A stretch of DNA of 64,000 nt from NCBI RefSeq assembly GCF_001194135.2, contig NC_068987.1, positions 89,298,133 to 89,362,132 on the forward strand, given 5' to 3'. Positions within the stretch are counted from its first letter, which is position 1; every line of letters begins with the position of its first letter. Made by a program: the position numbers and the translations under genes. This DNA comes from Octopus bimaculoides. Taxonomy: Eukaryota. The notes under the pieces were generated by a model. That model was not told where the DNA came from and ran no database searches. It saw only the letters and a list, made by a program, of their open reading frames with translations. Below are positions 63,150-64,000 of the stretch, piece after piece.

Positions 63150-63852
63150 CATCTGTAGGTGTGCTACTGTTTAATGAGATTCCTATCACAAATGTTGACA
63201 CTATTGGAACGATATTTAAAAAGTATTCTCCAAAACAAGACGTCTCAGGCTTTGCATAAGCTGTATCTTTCTATATCTTGAATTGTACAGATCAATCTGT
63301 ATCAACACATAGTTGAATACCTCCCTGGGATCCTGCCTCATATTTAGAAACCACGGAAGTTCTTCATAGTTTATATAATTTCTGTGTGTGGCTCTTGTAT
63401 AGTTGTCAGGCTGAAGCGAAAGTGTGAGAAAGCAGAACTGTTCCAAAAGGAAACCCGCGAGAAGTGATGGAAAGAGACCAGATGGTCTTACCCTTTGTCC
63501 CTGGGGAAGAGGTAGGTGCCTCATCTGGGGCTCCACGATCTGTGACTCTTTTGCTCCCTCCCATATCCTGAGTGTGCGGTAAATGGGAGGGTCACTGCTT
63601 CCGTAGTCGAGCGGAACAAAACCCTGAAGTATCAGGACCTGGCAGTGAACTATCTCTTCCCGCCTGTGATATTTGAGACGTTTGGAGGGGGCTGGACCTC
63701 TAACGATGAAGTTCTTGTCATTGTTGGTAGTTCGCCTTGCCGAGTTGTCAGGTGATGCCCATAAGGGTGCTTGGCTTTTCCAACGTCTTAGCCTCGCCAT
63801 CGCCCGTATTAATGCCGCGAGCGTGTTGGCTTGTTTCAATACGTTCCGTTGA
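63150..63852 (+). mobile_element. CRE-clade non-LTR retrotransposon, restriction-like endonuclease remnant
   Basis: Frameshifted plus-strand peptides [32 protein letters not shown] / ERNKTLKYQDLAVNYLFPPVIFETFG / LFQRLSLAIARINAASVL* (stop 63850-63852), the PD..E..K RLE pattern of CRE elements. Confidence 0.82.
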
Positions 63853-64000
63853 ACCTTGTGATAATGCAACCAGTTAAGGCATTTGCTGATGCATTGTTGT
63901 TGTTTTCCTTTCTTCTCTTTTTTTTTTTTTTGCTTTGTTCTTCGTTTGTATAAATTGTACAGAAAATCAAATGTTTCTTAGAGGTAAAAACAAACAAACA

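Noticed and set aside
63216-63869. 217-aa minus-strand ORF
   Set aside because: Antisense shadow of the CRE retrotransposon remnant; the recognisable motifs are on the plus strand.

Overview
AT-rich, microsatellite-dense animal DNA with several N gaps. The repeat landscape (tRNA-derived SINEs, abundant RTE LINE 3' ends with (GAT)n tails) suggests an octopod cephalopod short-read assembly; this is inference. One clear host gene is present: a mitochondrial ADP/ATP carrier (CDS 30583-31491, single coding exon, probable non-coding first exon at about 28368-28478) whose diagnostic residues look fungal/plant-AAC-like rather than like vertebrate/insect ANT. A possible second, lineage-specific ORF lies at 39479-40093 (-). 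The rest is mostly transposon debris: RTE, CR1-group, R4/Dong, CRE, Penelope, Ty3/Gypsy, Tc1/mariner, maT, hAT, piggyBac-like and Merlin-like elements, plus several SINE families. The most unusual object is a 1219-bp element at 24812-26030: two INVERTED ~258-bp LTR-like arms (TG...CA ends, 4-bp TSD), a tRNA-Trp primer-binding site extended into tandem copies of the tRNA 3' half, and an internal promoter-like cassette. Also notable is a Merlin-type MITE carrying opposed telomeric repeats (59467-59713). Boundaries of degenerate repeats are approximate (tens of bp); family assignments rest on motif recognition, not database searches.
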